Assembly: GCA_001661245.1 (NCBI GenBank)
Contig: KV454018.1
Location: 569,569 to 633,568, forward strand
Length of the DNA: 64,000 bases
Direction: 5' to 3'
Origin: Pachysolen tannophilus NRRL Y-2460
Taxonomy: Eukaryota
Program-made: the position numbers and the translations under genes
Shown here: piece by piece, positions 21,380-31,578 of the stretch
Layout of the letters: the number at the start of each line of letters is the position of its first letter
Numbering within the stretch: the first letter of the stretch is position 1
The notes under the pieces: model-generated
The model's database searches: none
What the model was told of the DNA's origin: nothing
The model's input: the letters and a program-made list of their open reading frames with translations, nothing else

Positions 21380-23715
21380 ATGCAAGATATTCCTGCAATT
21401 CCTAGAAGGCCAAAGACCAATACAGCTTCTTCTTCTAATAGTGATATTCCGCAAATTCCGTCCAATCGTCCAAATAGAAAACCCACTTTTTCTGAACTGG
21501 AAAAGGACAACGATAATGATGGTGCAGATACAAGTGAAGAGGAAATGGCTAGTTCAATTCCAGATGGATCTGGAAGCTCTAAGCTTTATGGCAAAGATGA
21601 CCTGGTAGAGGATATGACAGTTGAAAAAGAAACGGAAACAGATCCGTTATCAATTGAAGGAGAATCAGTAGTGAAAGAAGAAGACGCGTCACCAATTCCA
21701 ATTATTCCTAAAAGACCTAAAACTCATATTAAAGAATCAATTGAAACCCACAATGATGATCAAAGCGATGACTTGTCCTTGAAACAGACTTTAGATCAAG
21801 GTGAAGATAATGTTTTGGTGGAACGGGAGCCTCATAATGAAGCAAAAGGATCTTTTGATACAGTTACAAGCATTGCGAGCCCGTTGAGCGCTACAAGTGC
21901 AACAAGTGCTACAAGCGCGGCAAGCGCTGCAAGTGCTACAAGTCCTTCATTGCCAACAATTCCTAAAAGAAGACCAGTGCGTGGTAGATCTGAAAATATT
22001 GATAATGGTACAATTACCCCTTCGGGCAACATTAGTGCTCCAGATACTGCATCTACTCCTGAAAATTATGCTCCAAGAAATGAATCGAAATCAGCTGTTT
22101 TTGCTTCAGATAGTTCTGAATTACTAGATGCTTCTGCTGCTTTAGACTTAGCACAGGGCGGTCTGAGCTTTTCCGAAAATAAAAAAAACTGGAACAGCTG
22201 CAAGACAAAGAAGAACACGAAGAATTTGTACATGAAGAGGTATCGCTACCAGCAGAAGGAGAAGTGGAAGCGGAACTAGAAACTTGTTCAGCAGATTTAC
22301 TGCCTCAGTTGTCTTCTTCCTCAGTATCTTCTTCCTCATCTTCGCCGCTGATTGAAAAATTAACAGATTCTTCAATTCCACATATTCCTCAGCGTCCACT
22401 GCATAGACCTTTAAAGAAATCTTTAACTGGTACTTCTCTCGATAGTGGATCATCTTCCCCGGCAACTTCAACTGCAACAATAACAACAGTAGCTACAACA
22501 AAAGAAAATTCAGATAATGATTCATCTGAAATCCCTAAATTGAAGAAATCAGAGACAATTGATTCAGAAACTTCCTCCTCTTTGACAACAAAGAAAATTC
22601 CACCACCAATAAAGCCAAAGAAACCATCTTCTAAAATCTTGGCTTTCCAACAAATGCTCGCTCAACAACAACAAGAAGATCTGGCAAGATCTGGTAGAAG
22701 ACCACCACCTTTAGTTACTAGGAAATCTTTGTCACAAACTTCATCTAAAGAAGATGATAACTCAAAGGAATCACCAGAAATTGAAGAGAAATCTGGAAAT
22801 AATGAAGAAATAAGCATTGATCATAAAAATAAACCAGAAATTCCAAGGCATAGACCAACAAATAAATTTACTGGAAACAAAGCACTGTTTGCTAAAAATT
22901 TAAACGGAGTGTTTGCAGGAGGTATTGCTTTACCGGGTATGGTATTGCCAGGAATGGATCCACCAGCAGCCTTATCCAGCAGAAGTAAAGCTGACGATGA
23001 TAATGAAGACGATGACGACGACGAAGATGATGATAATAGTAATAATAGGTCCGATAAGAAAGCTCTGAGAAAAGTCACTGATGTTAGAAGAGGTCGGGCA
23101 AAAGGTCCGAGAGGTCGTAAATTACCAAGCAGTGTTCAAGACCCTGTCATTGTGGAAGAACAGAAGTATAAAGTATTTATCTCTGATTGTTGGCAAATTG
23201 GTTTCCTTGAAAAAAATGAAGCCGCAATTACTGCTGAGGCTACTGCTGAGAAGCAGACAAACGTCGATGACGAAAAACAAAAAGAAGATGTTGGAGAGAA
23301 TAATGAGGAAGACGAAGAGCTGCTTAAAGTCTCTGGAGCTAAAAATTCTTCTCAAATCAGTTTGTCAGGGGAAACTTCCAAATTCATCAATCGTCTTAAT
23401 GCAGAGAAATCTAATGATAACGATAAGGATAATATAGGGACTACAGACTCAATCGGAAATGACAACGAAAGTGAAGCCAAAATGCAAGAAAGGGAAAATC
23501 TTGATGTATCTACAAACACAGTTAACAGTTCTCAGCCAGAAGAGGAATATGTTGATGCAGATCCAAAAAGTGATTTAATTTCCGAAAATTTTGAAAACGA
23601 CAATGAAGAAGCCGAACTGAAAAAAATACCGGTTACAGAAGAAGAGGCAATAGCTGAACTATTAGATGATTACGGAAATAATTCAGATGGAGAAGTAGAA
23701 AAAGACAATGCGTGA
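21380..23715 (+). CDS. AIM21: Aim21 actin regulator, split by a frameshift at an A8 run (22181-22188)
   Basis: Repeated P(I)PxRP motifs, KKIPPPIKPKKPSSKILAFQQML, FAKNLNG..ALPGM and DVRRGRAKGPRGRKLP. One added A gives a continuous 778-aa ORF. Confidence 0.82.
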
Positions 23716-24488
23716 AATTTGTTTTCTTTTTTTGTTTTTTTTTTTGTTTTTTTCTTCTTCTTCTTCTTCTTGTCATGCCTTTTAAAAAACTAAAACTAAG
23801 TAGCACGGTTTCTATGATTGTGTTTTTGATTCTTTTTTTGGTTTGTTTGTTTACAATTTTATCTATTTTATGCATTTATGACTTAAAAGATAGCAAACAA
23901 AGCTTTTCTTAATCGGAATCGGTACTATAGACTGATAACCAAAAAGGGAAAATGTAATCCGGAAACTTGGGTTACTGCTTCCAAGCCTCATTTAACCGAA
24001 CAAAACCCTTAAATAATCCCTCTAAACGGTGGGAAAATATCTCGTTATTCTCATAATCGGACATTGTATTGTTTATAAATTTATAAAATTTATGCATAAG
24101 CGTGCATATGCTTTAGCTTGCACCGAGACCGAACGAGTCTGTTTTAGAGCGGGCATTGGAGATCCTGATGAAAAATTTTTCCTTATTTGCCTGCAACCCA
24201 TTTATTTATTTACCTTATGTTTCAAAAACTTCTTTCTTTCTTTCTTTCTTCTGTCTTTGTATCTTTGACTTTGGTGATTTGCAAATCCTATTATTCGATC
24301 GCTATTCAAAGTTTTGGTCTGTCGTTCGTTTTTCTTTAGTTCCCAAACTTTGTTCTATAGTTACTCAAGACTTATTTTTTGCTTTTTTTTTTCTTTTTTT
24401 TCTTTTTTTTCTTTTTTTCTTTTTAATTTTTCCAAGTGTATATTTGGATAGAGTAAATAACGAAGCCAAAATTTAAAAGAAACAGAAA

Positions 24489-25871
24489 ATGAAGGTATTA
24501 CAATTAGTTCAGGCTTTGTTAGCTACTTCAGTTTTAGCAGTTCAAGCTGTACCCATCATAAATGTTACAGGTAACGCATTTTTTGATTCTGAGTCTGGTG
24601 ATAGATTCTACATTAGAGGTGTCGACTATCAACCAGGTGGAAGTAGTAACTTGTCTGATCCTTTAGCTGATGAGACCACTTGTGAAAGAGATATTCCTGT
24701 ATTCACTGATTTGGGTATTAACACTATTAGAGTTTACTCAGTTGATAATTCCAAAAACCATGACGCTTGTATGAAATTACTTGAAGAGGCAGAAATTTAT
24801 GTGATCTTGGATGTAAATACTCCAGACGCTGCTATTTCTAGAACTTGTCCAAGTGGAAGTTATAACGCTGAATATCTTCAAAATGTTTTTGCTACTATAG
24901 ATAGTTTTCAAAACTTTACCAATGTCTTGGGTTTTTTCGCTGGTAATGAAGTTATTAATAGTGTAAACACCACTGATGCAGCACCATACGTCAAAGCAGT
25001 TGTTAGAGATATGAAAAATTATATGGATGCTAGATCATATAGAGCCATCCCAGTTGGTTATTCTTCAGCTGATATTGCTTCCATTAGACTTGATATTGCC
25101 GAGTACTTCAATTGTGGTAACGATAGTACTGCAAGAATTGATTTCCTAGGTGTAAACGATTATTCGTGGTGTGGTTACTCTTCTTTTACCACATCTGGTT
25201 ATGCTGAAAAAGTTGAATTATATTCTGGTTACTCCATTCCAATATTCTTGTCAGAATTTGGCTGTAACGAAGTCACTGGTTCTAGACCATTTACTGAAGT
25301 AGGAGCCATTTATTCTACCGAAATGTCATCAGTTTTCTCTGGTGGTTTAGTTTATGAATATTCTGAAGAAAGCAACGATTATGGTCTTGTTGATATTGTA
25401 TCATCTACTAATGTTACCAAATTAACTGATTTCTATAACTTGAAAGATGAATTTGAAGAAACTGATGATCCTTCTGGCGATGGTGGTTACTCTGATTCCT
25501 ATAATTATTCTACATGTCCTGATTGGGATGTCACTACAACTTTACCTTCTATGCCTGAAGGCGCTGAAAAATATCTTACAAGTGGTGCTGGTACTGGTGA
25601 AGGATTTGAAGCTTCAACTGAATACTGTGATTCTGAAGATGATGAGGAAACCAGTGACTCTTCAAGCTCGAGTACATCAAAAACTGCTTCGGCAACACTG
25701 TCTGCTCTGCTGTCTTCATCTGTATCTTCTTCTTCATCTTCTTCAAGTTCTTCAAGTGCTGCAGGTGTCACCTTCTCTGCTCCATCGATTTTTAAAATAT
25801 CAGAGTTCAATAGCTTTGCTACTCTGATTGCAACTGTTGCCATTTTCGTTGGTTTTACATTCTTATTCTGA
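24489..25871 (+). CDS. GAS5: GH72 beta-1,3-glucanosyltransferase, GPI-anchored, no Cys-box domain (Gas5-type); the last codons derive from the inverted segment
   Basis: Signal peptide, RFYIRGVDYQPGG, FFAGNEV, LSEFGCN and FSGGLVYEY, Ser-rich linker, hydrophobic C-terminus. Confidence 0.9.
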   Translation: MKVLQLVQALLATSVLAVQAVPIINVTGNAFFDSESGDRFYIRGVDYQPGGSSNLSDPLADETTCERDIPVFTDLGINTIRVYSVDNSKNHDACMKLLEEAEIYVILDVNTPDAAISRTCPSGSYNAEYLQNVFATIDSFQNFTNVLGFFAGNEVINSVNTTDAAPYVKAVVRDMKNYMDARSYRAIPVGYSSADIASIRLDIAEYFNCGNDSTARIDFLGVNDYSWCGYSSFTTSGYAEKVELYSGYSIPIFLSEFGCNEVTGSRPFTEVGAIYSTEMSSVFSGGLVYEYSEESNDYGLVDIVSSTNVTKLTDFYNLKDEFEETDDPSGDGGYSDSYNYSTCPDWDVTTTLPSMPEGAEKYLTSGAGTGEGFEASTEYCDSEDDEETSDSSSSSTSKTASATLSALLSSSVSSSSSSSSSSSAAGVTFSAPSIFKISEFNSFATLIATVAIFVGFTFLF

Positions 25872-26622
25872 TGATTCCCTCATAATTAAAAATGAACTTA
25901 TTCCTAGAACCATTTCATCAAAATTGGCCAATACTTTACAATTACCTAGAAGGACTTCTACAGGATTATTTAGATATCTTAAAGCCGGCTACACATTTAT
26001 ATCGGGAAGAGGTTACGTTTCCTTAACTGGTATTGGTCAAGTTTATCAAGTTTCCTTGAAAGAAAATGAAGAGTTTTTAATTCAAAGAGATAATTTATTG
26101 GCATTAACTATTAATGGTGAATCAGATTTAGCTAGCGCGGTTACTTCTTATAATTTCTCTGGGAATCTGAAAAGACAAAATAAACCAGTTGAAACACAAC
26201 CGGGATCCGCACTTGAACCTAACTTAGGATCTAAAATTCATCAATACTTAAATCAAGTGAAATCATCTTTGAAATTTACTACAAATATTGCTACTTCTTA
26301 TTCCAACAAGATTTATAACTCATTAACCGGTAACAATAATTTTGTCAAAATTTTAGGACCTAGAAATATCTTGTTACAATCAAATTCAAATTTCCAATTA
26401 ACCAGTGGTATTAGAAATTTTAATCGTGCCATCGACCTTAATGAAATCACAAAAACTGAAAAATTAATCAAATCTTCACACGAATTTTCTCAACCAAAAA
26501 AGTCATCTGCAGATTATTTAAGTTATGTAACTGTTAAAGATGGCAAAGCTGAGTTTAGAAATACTCCTAATTTTAATGACACCGTTCGCAAAATTGAAGA
26601 AGCTGCAACCAAGAAAGTATGA
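25855..26622 (+). pseudogene. AIM24: AIM24 C-terminal half, no ATG, inside the inverted segment
   Basis: LHSYSDDSLIIK..GYTFISGRGYVSLTGIGQVYQVSLKENEEFLIQRDNLLAL..FVKILGPRNILLQS..DYLSYVTV are Aim24 C-terminal motifs. Confidence 0.85.
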
Positions 26623-27023
26623 TTATACTAATATTCCCTTTTCTTATAATTCCCATACGTATATACTTTAGATTTAAATGCATTTACAATGAATGAACTA
26701 GACTTTTTTTTTTTTGATAGTTACTTTAGATTTTATATTGTTTTTAAAAAATATTAAAATGATCTTTTTAACATGAAAAAATTACGTACTTATTATAAAA
26801 AATGTGCAAGTCTAAATAATCCAGAAAGGCCAAAAAAAGGGTATGTTTTGTGTATGAGATATTTTAATTATCGTCATAGTCACAGTTCACCACATGAAAT
26901 AAAAAATAAAGTTAAAAGTATATATATATATATATATATAGAAATGTATGTATGTATGAGTGAATGATTGGTTTTAATTCTATCCGAGCCGTAGCCTATA
27001 TCACATCTAAGCAGACATAATTA
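25855..27023. other. 1,169-bp inverted segment (breakpoints uncertain by 1 nt)
   Basis: Reverse-complementing this interval restores a continuous AIM24 ORF and an alternative GAS5 ending VGLIMSA*, with no bases gained or lost. Confidence 0.88.
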
Positions 27024-27593
27024 TGCTCTTGTTGGGAAAACTGCCCAGTCAATTCTTCCATCAAGTGACAAATTCACAAAAGATTTTTCAGAAACTGAAG
27101 TTTTAATAAAAAGTCTTGATAAAAAATTTTTTCTAGAATCAGTGGAAACTAAGACATTAAATGGTACTGTTGAAATTAATTTTTTATAACTCGATGTGAA
27201 CCCTCCATAGAAAAACCTCTTAATAGGAGAAATTATTTCCAACTGACTAGTAACTGAGCTAATTGAATTATTGGTTTTTTTACCTGATATAGAAGAACCA
27301 TATAAAGATACCAATGACCCATTTTTAATATATACTGGAACAGATGGTGGTAAATTGAACGATAAAAGTGAAGACGTATTACCCATTTTTTGAAATTGTG
27401 GGTTTGCAGAATCTGGAACATTCAAAGTAATCTCTTCAACCCCATTAGAGCCATTGTTATTAACATCAAAGTTAATGGATGTAGTACGTGATGAATTTCC
27501 AGTAGAAGACAATTGTGATATCGAAACACTCCGACGAAATGCAAGTTGCCGGACACTTTTCAATTCATGTGAAATTAAACTCTTCTTCATCAT
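27021..27593 (-). pseudogene. AIM24: AIM24 N-terminal half, truncated at the inversion junction
   Basis: Presequence-like N-terminus, PQFQKMGNTSSLLSFNLPPSVPVYIKNGSLVSLYG and FVNLSLDGRIDWAVF; ends abruptly at PTRA*. Confidence 0.85.
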
Positions 27594-27997
27594 CCCATTA
27601 GTAAGAGTAAGACCGGATCACCATATATAATTTACTATCAATAATACCCTTCTTATTTTATTTTTTTTTGTTGGTAAATATGATTCCTTAGCCATTGTAG
27701 TTTGTTACGGTGATGAAGATGAAGCCTAGCCAGCATCTCCACCTACTATTTTGGGCCAAGTGGTACTTAACCTTTCCCACTATCCGTTCGACTATTGGTC
27801 AGATAACGAAAAACTTGTAAATTTGGTCAGATCAAGCCAGTACCATTAGAAACTTCATTTTGAATCTTCTAGGATCAAATGCCTTCAAGGCCCTGATATG
27901 ATCTTAACTGAAGCTGAACCAATTGAATGGTATTATTCTCTTCTTACTCCAGAGAGGATGATTTGATTGATGAAACAAGGAAAAAAAAAAATACAAT

Positions 27998-28112
27998 TGC
28001 TCCCGGCGGGGATTGAACCCGCGACCATCGCGTTCCTCACACGAATCTAACATAGAATGTCAAGATTTGAACAACTATAAGCACGAAGCGCTAACCTCTG
28101 CGCCACAAGAGC
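27998..28112 (-). tRNA. tRNA-Ile(UAU) with 42-nt intron, copy 1
   Basis: GCTCTTG acceptor stem, A-box TGGCGCAGAGG, anticodon loop CT-TAT-A then intron, T-arm GGTTCAATCC; T-rich terminator downstream. Confidence 0.93.
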
Positions 28113-28453
28113 AACTGCATGAGCCAGTTGTTCAGAGGTTGCATACTTGAGCATACTTTCCTACGCTCAATTTTTTGTTAAATTTTAAAATTAATACTAA
28201 ATACTTTCAACTAGTGGTATAAGTAAGTTATTAGATTTCTTTTTTTTTTTGCTTTTTAAACCCATTTCTGACATTTCCGCAGAGATTGAGAGAGTAACAA
28301 AAAGGTGAGAAGTTCATTGTAGTGTTTATAACGTACTAGATTAATAATAATAATAATAATTTAAAAAATTTAAATAGTAAATAGCATAGTTGGAATTTGG
28401 TTATTGCTCATTGATACTTGAATTATTTTAGCCATATCTTCGCTTACGCACCT

Positions 28454-28568
28454 GCTCCTGTGGCGCAGAGGTTAGCGCTTCGTGCTTATAGTTGTTCAAA
28501 TCTTGACATTCTATGTTAGATTCGTGTGAGGAACGCGATGGTCGCGGGTTCAATCCCCGCCGGGAGCA
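28454..28568 (+). tRNA. tRNA-Ile(UAU) with 42-nt intron, copy 2
   Basis: Same cloverleaf with GCTCCTG acceptor stem, identical intron, poly-T terminator. Confidence 0.93.
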
Positions 28569-28978
28569 GAAGTGTTTTTTTNNNNNNNNNNNNNNNNNNN
28601 NNNNNNNNNNNNNNNNNNNNNNNNNNNNNNNNNNNNNNNNNNNNNNNNNNNNNNNNNNNNNNNNNNNNNNNNNNNNNNNNNNNNNNNNNNNNNNNNNNNN
28701 NNNNNNNNNNNNNNNNNNNNNNNNNNNNNNNNNNNNNNNNNNNNNNNNNNNNNNNNNNNNNNNNNNNNNNNNNTTGCTTTTTAAACCCATTTCTGACATT
28801 TCCGCAGAGATTGAGAGAGTAACAAAAAGGTGAGAAGTTCATTGTAGTGTTTATAACGTACTAGATTAATAATAATAATAATAATTTAAAAAATTTAAAT
28901 AGTAAATAGCATAGTTGGAATTTGGTTATTGCTCATTGATACTTGAATTATTTTAGCCATATCTTCGCTTACGCACCT

Positions 28979-29093
28979 GCTCCTGTGGCGCAGAGGTTAG
29001 CGCTTCGTGCTTATAGTTGTTCAAATCTTGACATTCTATGTTAGATTCGTGTGAGGAACGCGATGGTCGCGGGTTCAATCCCCGCCGGGAGCA
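28979..29093 (+). tRNA. tRNA-Ile(UAU), copy 3 (probably an assembly duplicate of copy 2)
   Basis: Identical to copy 2 and inside a 333-bp duplicated block flanking an N-gap. Confidence 0.55.
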
Positions 29094-29392
29094 GAAGTGT
29101 TTTTTTTTTTTGGTTCTGCTTTTCTTCGGTGGCTCTAAATTCCTTCCTTACCTAAGCCGGCTAGAGAAGAGGCAGAAGCAGTGTAGCCGCTTCTGCTGCT
29201 GCTGCCACAGGGCTTCCAAATTATTGGATGGACAAACACATAATATATTGATTATATTAATAATAATCAAACAAAAACAGGCAAAAAAAAAATAATTATA
29301 TAAATAGATGTATATATATATTTATATAGATATGGTTAACTTAAATTCATAAAATCAAAGAAGATAAAAGTGGTTTTAGTCAATTGAGTAAA

Positions 29393-30076
29393 CTACCTTA
29401 ACAATTGTTCTTTCACTTCTAATTGCTTACCCAAATGCAGGGTATCCCCAAATACTTGAATAATCCCTTTTGTAGTGTTCGATTTATTAATATCCACAAC
29501 TGTTATGCTTGTATTATATGGAACTTTTAAATCTTCAACTTTAATCTTATTACTCAATTTATAATTCAAATCACTATACAAGTGATTAATAAAATTTGTA
29601 ATTACACCTCCATGAGTAATTACAACTACATTTTTATAATTTTCTTTACAACCTTTAGATATAATCAGTTCCCATTCACCATAAAGTCTCTTAACCAACA
29701 GTGTCCTTGACTCACCAAGATTTTTATAATCAGTACCATATTTCTCTATTGCATCTTTTAAATACATTCCTTCCACAGGTCCCATTGATCTTTCTCTTAA
29801 ATTATAAGTCTTATTCAATTTTAACAAAGGATGATATTTCAATATCTCCTTTGATGTATTTTCACAACGAACTAAATCTGAAGAAATCAAATAATCAATT
29901 GGTAATTCCCGTAACCTTAAACCACATAGTTTTGCCTGATTATAACCTGTTTCATTTAAATCTATATCTGCATGGCCTTGTAATCTTTTACAAATATTAT
30001 AAGAAGTTTGACCATGTCTTATAATGAAAATACGAAGAACACCTTCATCAACATTACTCAAACTATCTTGAGTCAT
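29393..30076 (-). CDS. Histidine phosphatase / phosphoglycerate mutase family (YOR283W-like)
   Basis: FIIRHGQT, SSDLVRC, LRERSMG, VITHGG and NTS motifs. Confidence 0.88.
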   Translation of the reverse strand: MTQDSLSNVDEGVLRIFIIRHGQTSYNICKRLQGHADIDLNETGYNQAKLCGLRLRELPIDYLISSDLVRCENTSKEILKYHPLLKLNKTYNLRERSMGPVEGMYLKDAIEKYGTDYKNLGESRTLLVKRLYGEWELIISKGCKENYKNVVVITHGGVITNFINHLYSDLNYKLSNKIKVEDLKVPYNTSITVVDINKSNTTKGIIQVFGDTLHLGKQLEVKEQLLR

Positions 30077-30528
30077 CTTCCTTCAATTAAAATTCAACCC
30101 AAAGTAACAAAAAAAAAACCCTTGTTCCTATTTTTTTTTTGGTTTTTTAAAAAACAATTATATATCTTAGTTTAACAACTCCATCATCCGCCCACCACAC
30201 ATACACATACATAGCTTTACTGCAAAACTAAATGAGACATAATAATTTTTGAGGACAAAAACAATTTTTCACATTTAGATTTCCTAATTTGGCAGTTTCT
30301 TATTTTGGGTTTTTTACTTCCGAAAATGGCAAAAAATAAAATCTTGGTATTAAATATTTTTTTGAAGGTAAAAAAAAATTTTCGAATACTTTTGACCAAC
30401 ATTAACTGATAATATATATTAGTATCAAGTATTTGTTTTTTTTTTTTTTTTTTTTTTGGTCTTTTTGGTGTTTTTTTTTTGGATTAATTTCATTTGAATC
30501 ATTTGAAGGATAGTTTGATTTTTAGATA

Positions 30529-31314
30529 ATGATGATTAATTCTACAAGACGTCTGTTTTCAGTTCAGCAAAAATTTGAGCTTGGGGGATATCGTTATTTT
30601 GCATCTTCTCAGACAAATTTATCAATTTTAGATTTTTTCAGGTCAAAGAAAGATACAGCAACTTTAACAAAGAAATCAACTGATGAATTAATAAGTAAAG
30701 TTGAAAAAGATGATGTTTCTTTAACTTCGGATATTAATAAAAAGATACCTATTTTAGGTAAAAGGAATGTTGAACAATTAAACCGTTGGAAAACTAAAAT
30801 GAACAATTTTAAAGTTGAAAGTTGGGTACCTGAAAAGAGTAAATATTATTATGGATTAAAACAATATGATTCAAATGATTTAAAATTAGAAAAATATGGT
30901 GAGTTGATAAATAATTTATTATTGACCTCATATAATAAATTTTATCCAAATAATCAACTTGAATCAATATCACAATTTAACTCAAATTTAAATAATGATT
31001 TATCATTGAAATTTAAATTTTTCAAATATATACAAATTACTTTTGGATTAAAAATTTCAGATATGAATTTAACACAAATTAATACTTTACAAGCTTTAAA
31101 TGATTTCTTAAAGACAGAATTAAAGCCAAATAAAACAATAATTAATGAAAAATTACCAAATGCAATTTACTTAAATCCACAAGATTTTAAAAATACAAAT
31201 GTCTATATAGATTCATCTATTTCTCCAAAGGAAAAACAAAAGAAATTTAACAAGTTAATAATGAAACTCAATAAAGTGGAAAAATTGGAAAAACAAAAAT
31301 TAATCCAAGCTTAA
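30529..31314 (+). CDS. MRPL13: Mitochondrial ribosomal protein mL50
   Basis: Presequence; LNNDLSLKFKFFKYIQITFGLKISDMNLTQINT L50-type domain; NVYI..SPKEKQKKF. Confidence 0.72.
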   Translation: MMINSTRRLFSVQQKFELGGYRYFASSQTNLSILDFFRSKKDTATLTKKSTDELISKVEKDDVSLTSDINKKIPILGKRNVEQLNRWKTKMNNFKVESWVPEKSKYYYGLKQYDSNDLKLEKYGELINNLLLTSYNKFYPNNQLESISQFNSNLNNDLSLKFKFFKYIQITFGLKISDMNLTQINTLQALNDFLKTELKPNKTIINEKLPNAIYLNPQDFKNTNVYIDSSISPKEKQKKFNKLIMKLNKVEKLEKQKLIQA

Positions 31315-31578
31315 GTTAAAAATCATTAAGAACACACCTGTATATATATAATACATACATCAATTTATTTCCCATTAATTTTGAATTGAATCGTAATTTT
31401 TTTTTTTTTCAAAAATCTAGTAGAATATTATTAACAACCATATACATATATATACTAATTAAAAAATTGATGAAAAGTGTCAAAAGGGAGAGAGAAAGAA
31501 AAAAAAAATGGTTCTAGAGAAATAAAAAAAAAAATAAAAAAAAAAAATGAAAATTCATTTCAAGTTAAAATTCTAACA

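Larger units (their letters stand above)
28249..29106 (+). repeat. Direct duplication: 28249-28581 = 28774-29106, on either side of N-gap 28582-28773
   Basis: Identical by eye at offset 525; typical of an unmerged contig overlap. Confidence 0.85.

Noticed and set aside
25828..26622. Independent 264-aa TTG-initiated gene overlapping GAS5, or trans-splicing of the AIM24 halves
   Set aside because: There is no ATG and no splice signal at the junctions. A DNA inversion explains both junctions, including the displaced GAS5 end.
27682..27880. Resemblance to U14 snoRNA (acggtgatgaa; ttctaggat)
   Set aside because: The 18S-complementary domain A is not intact and the elements are in the wrong order.
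28774..29106. Third tRNA-Ile copy as a real tandem array
   Set aside because: An exact 333-bp duplicate abutting a gap and bounded by T-runs is most likely an unmerged contig overlap; long reads would settle it.
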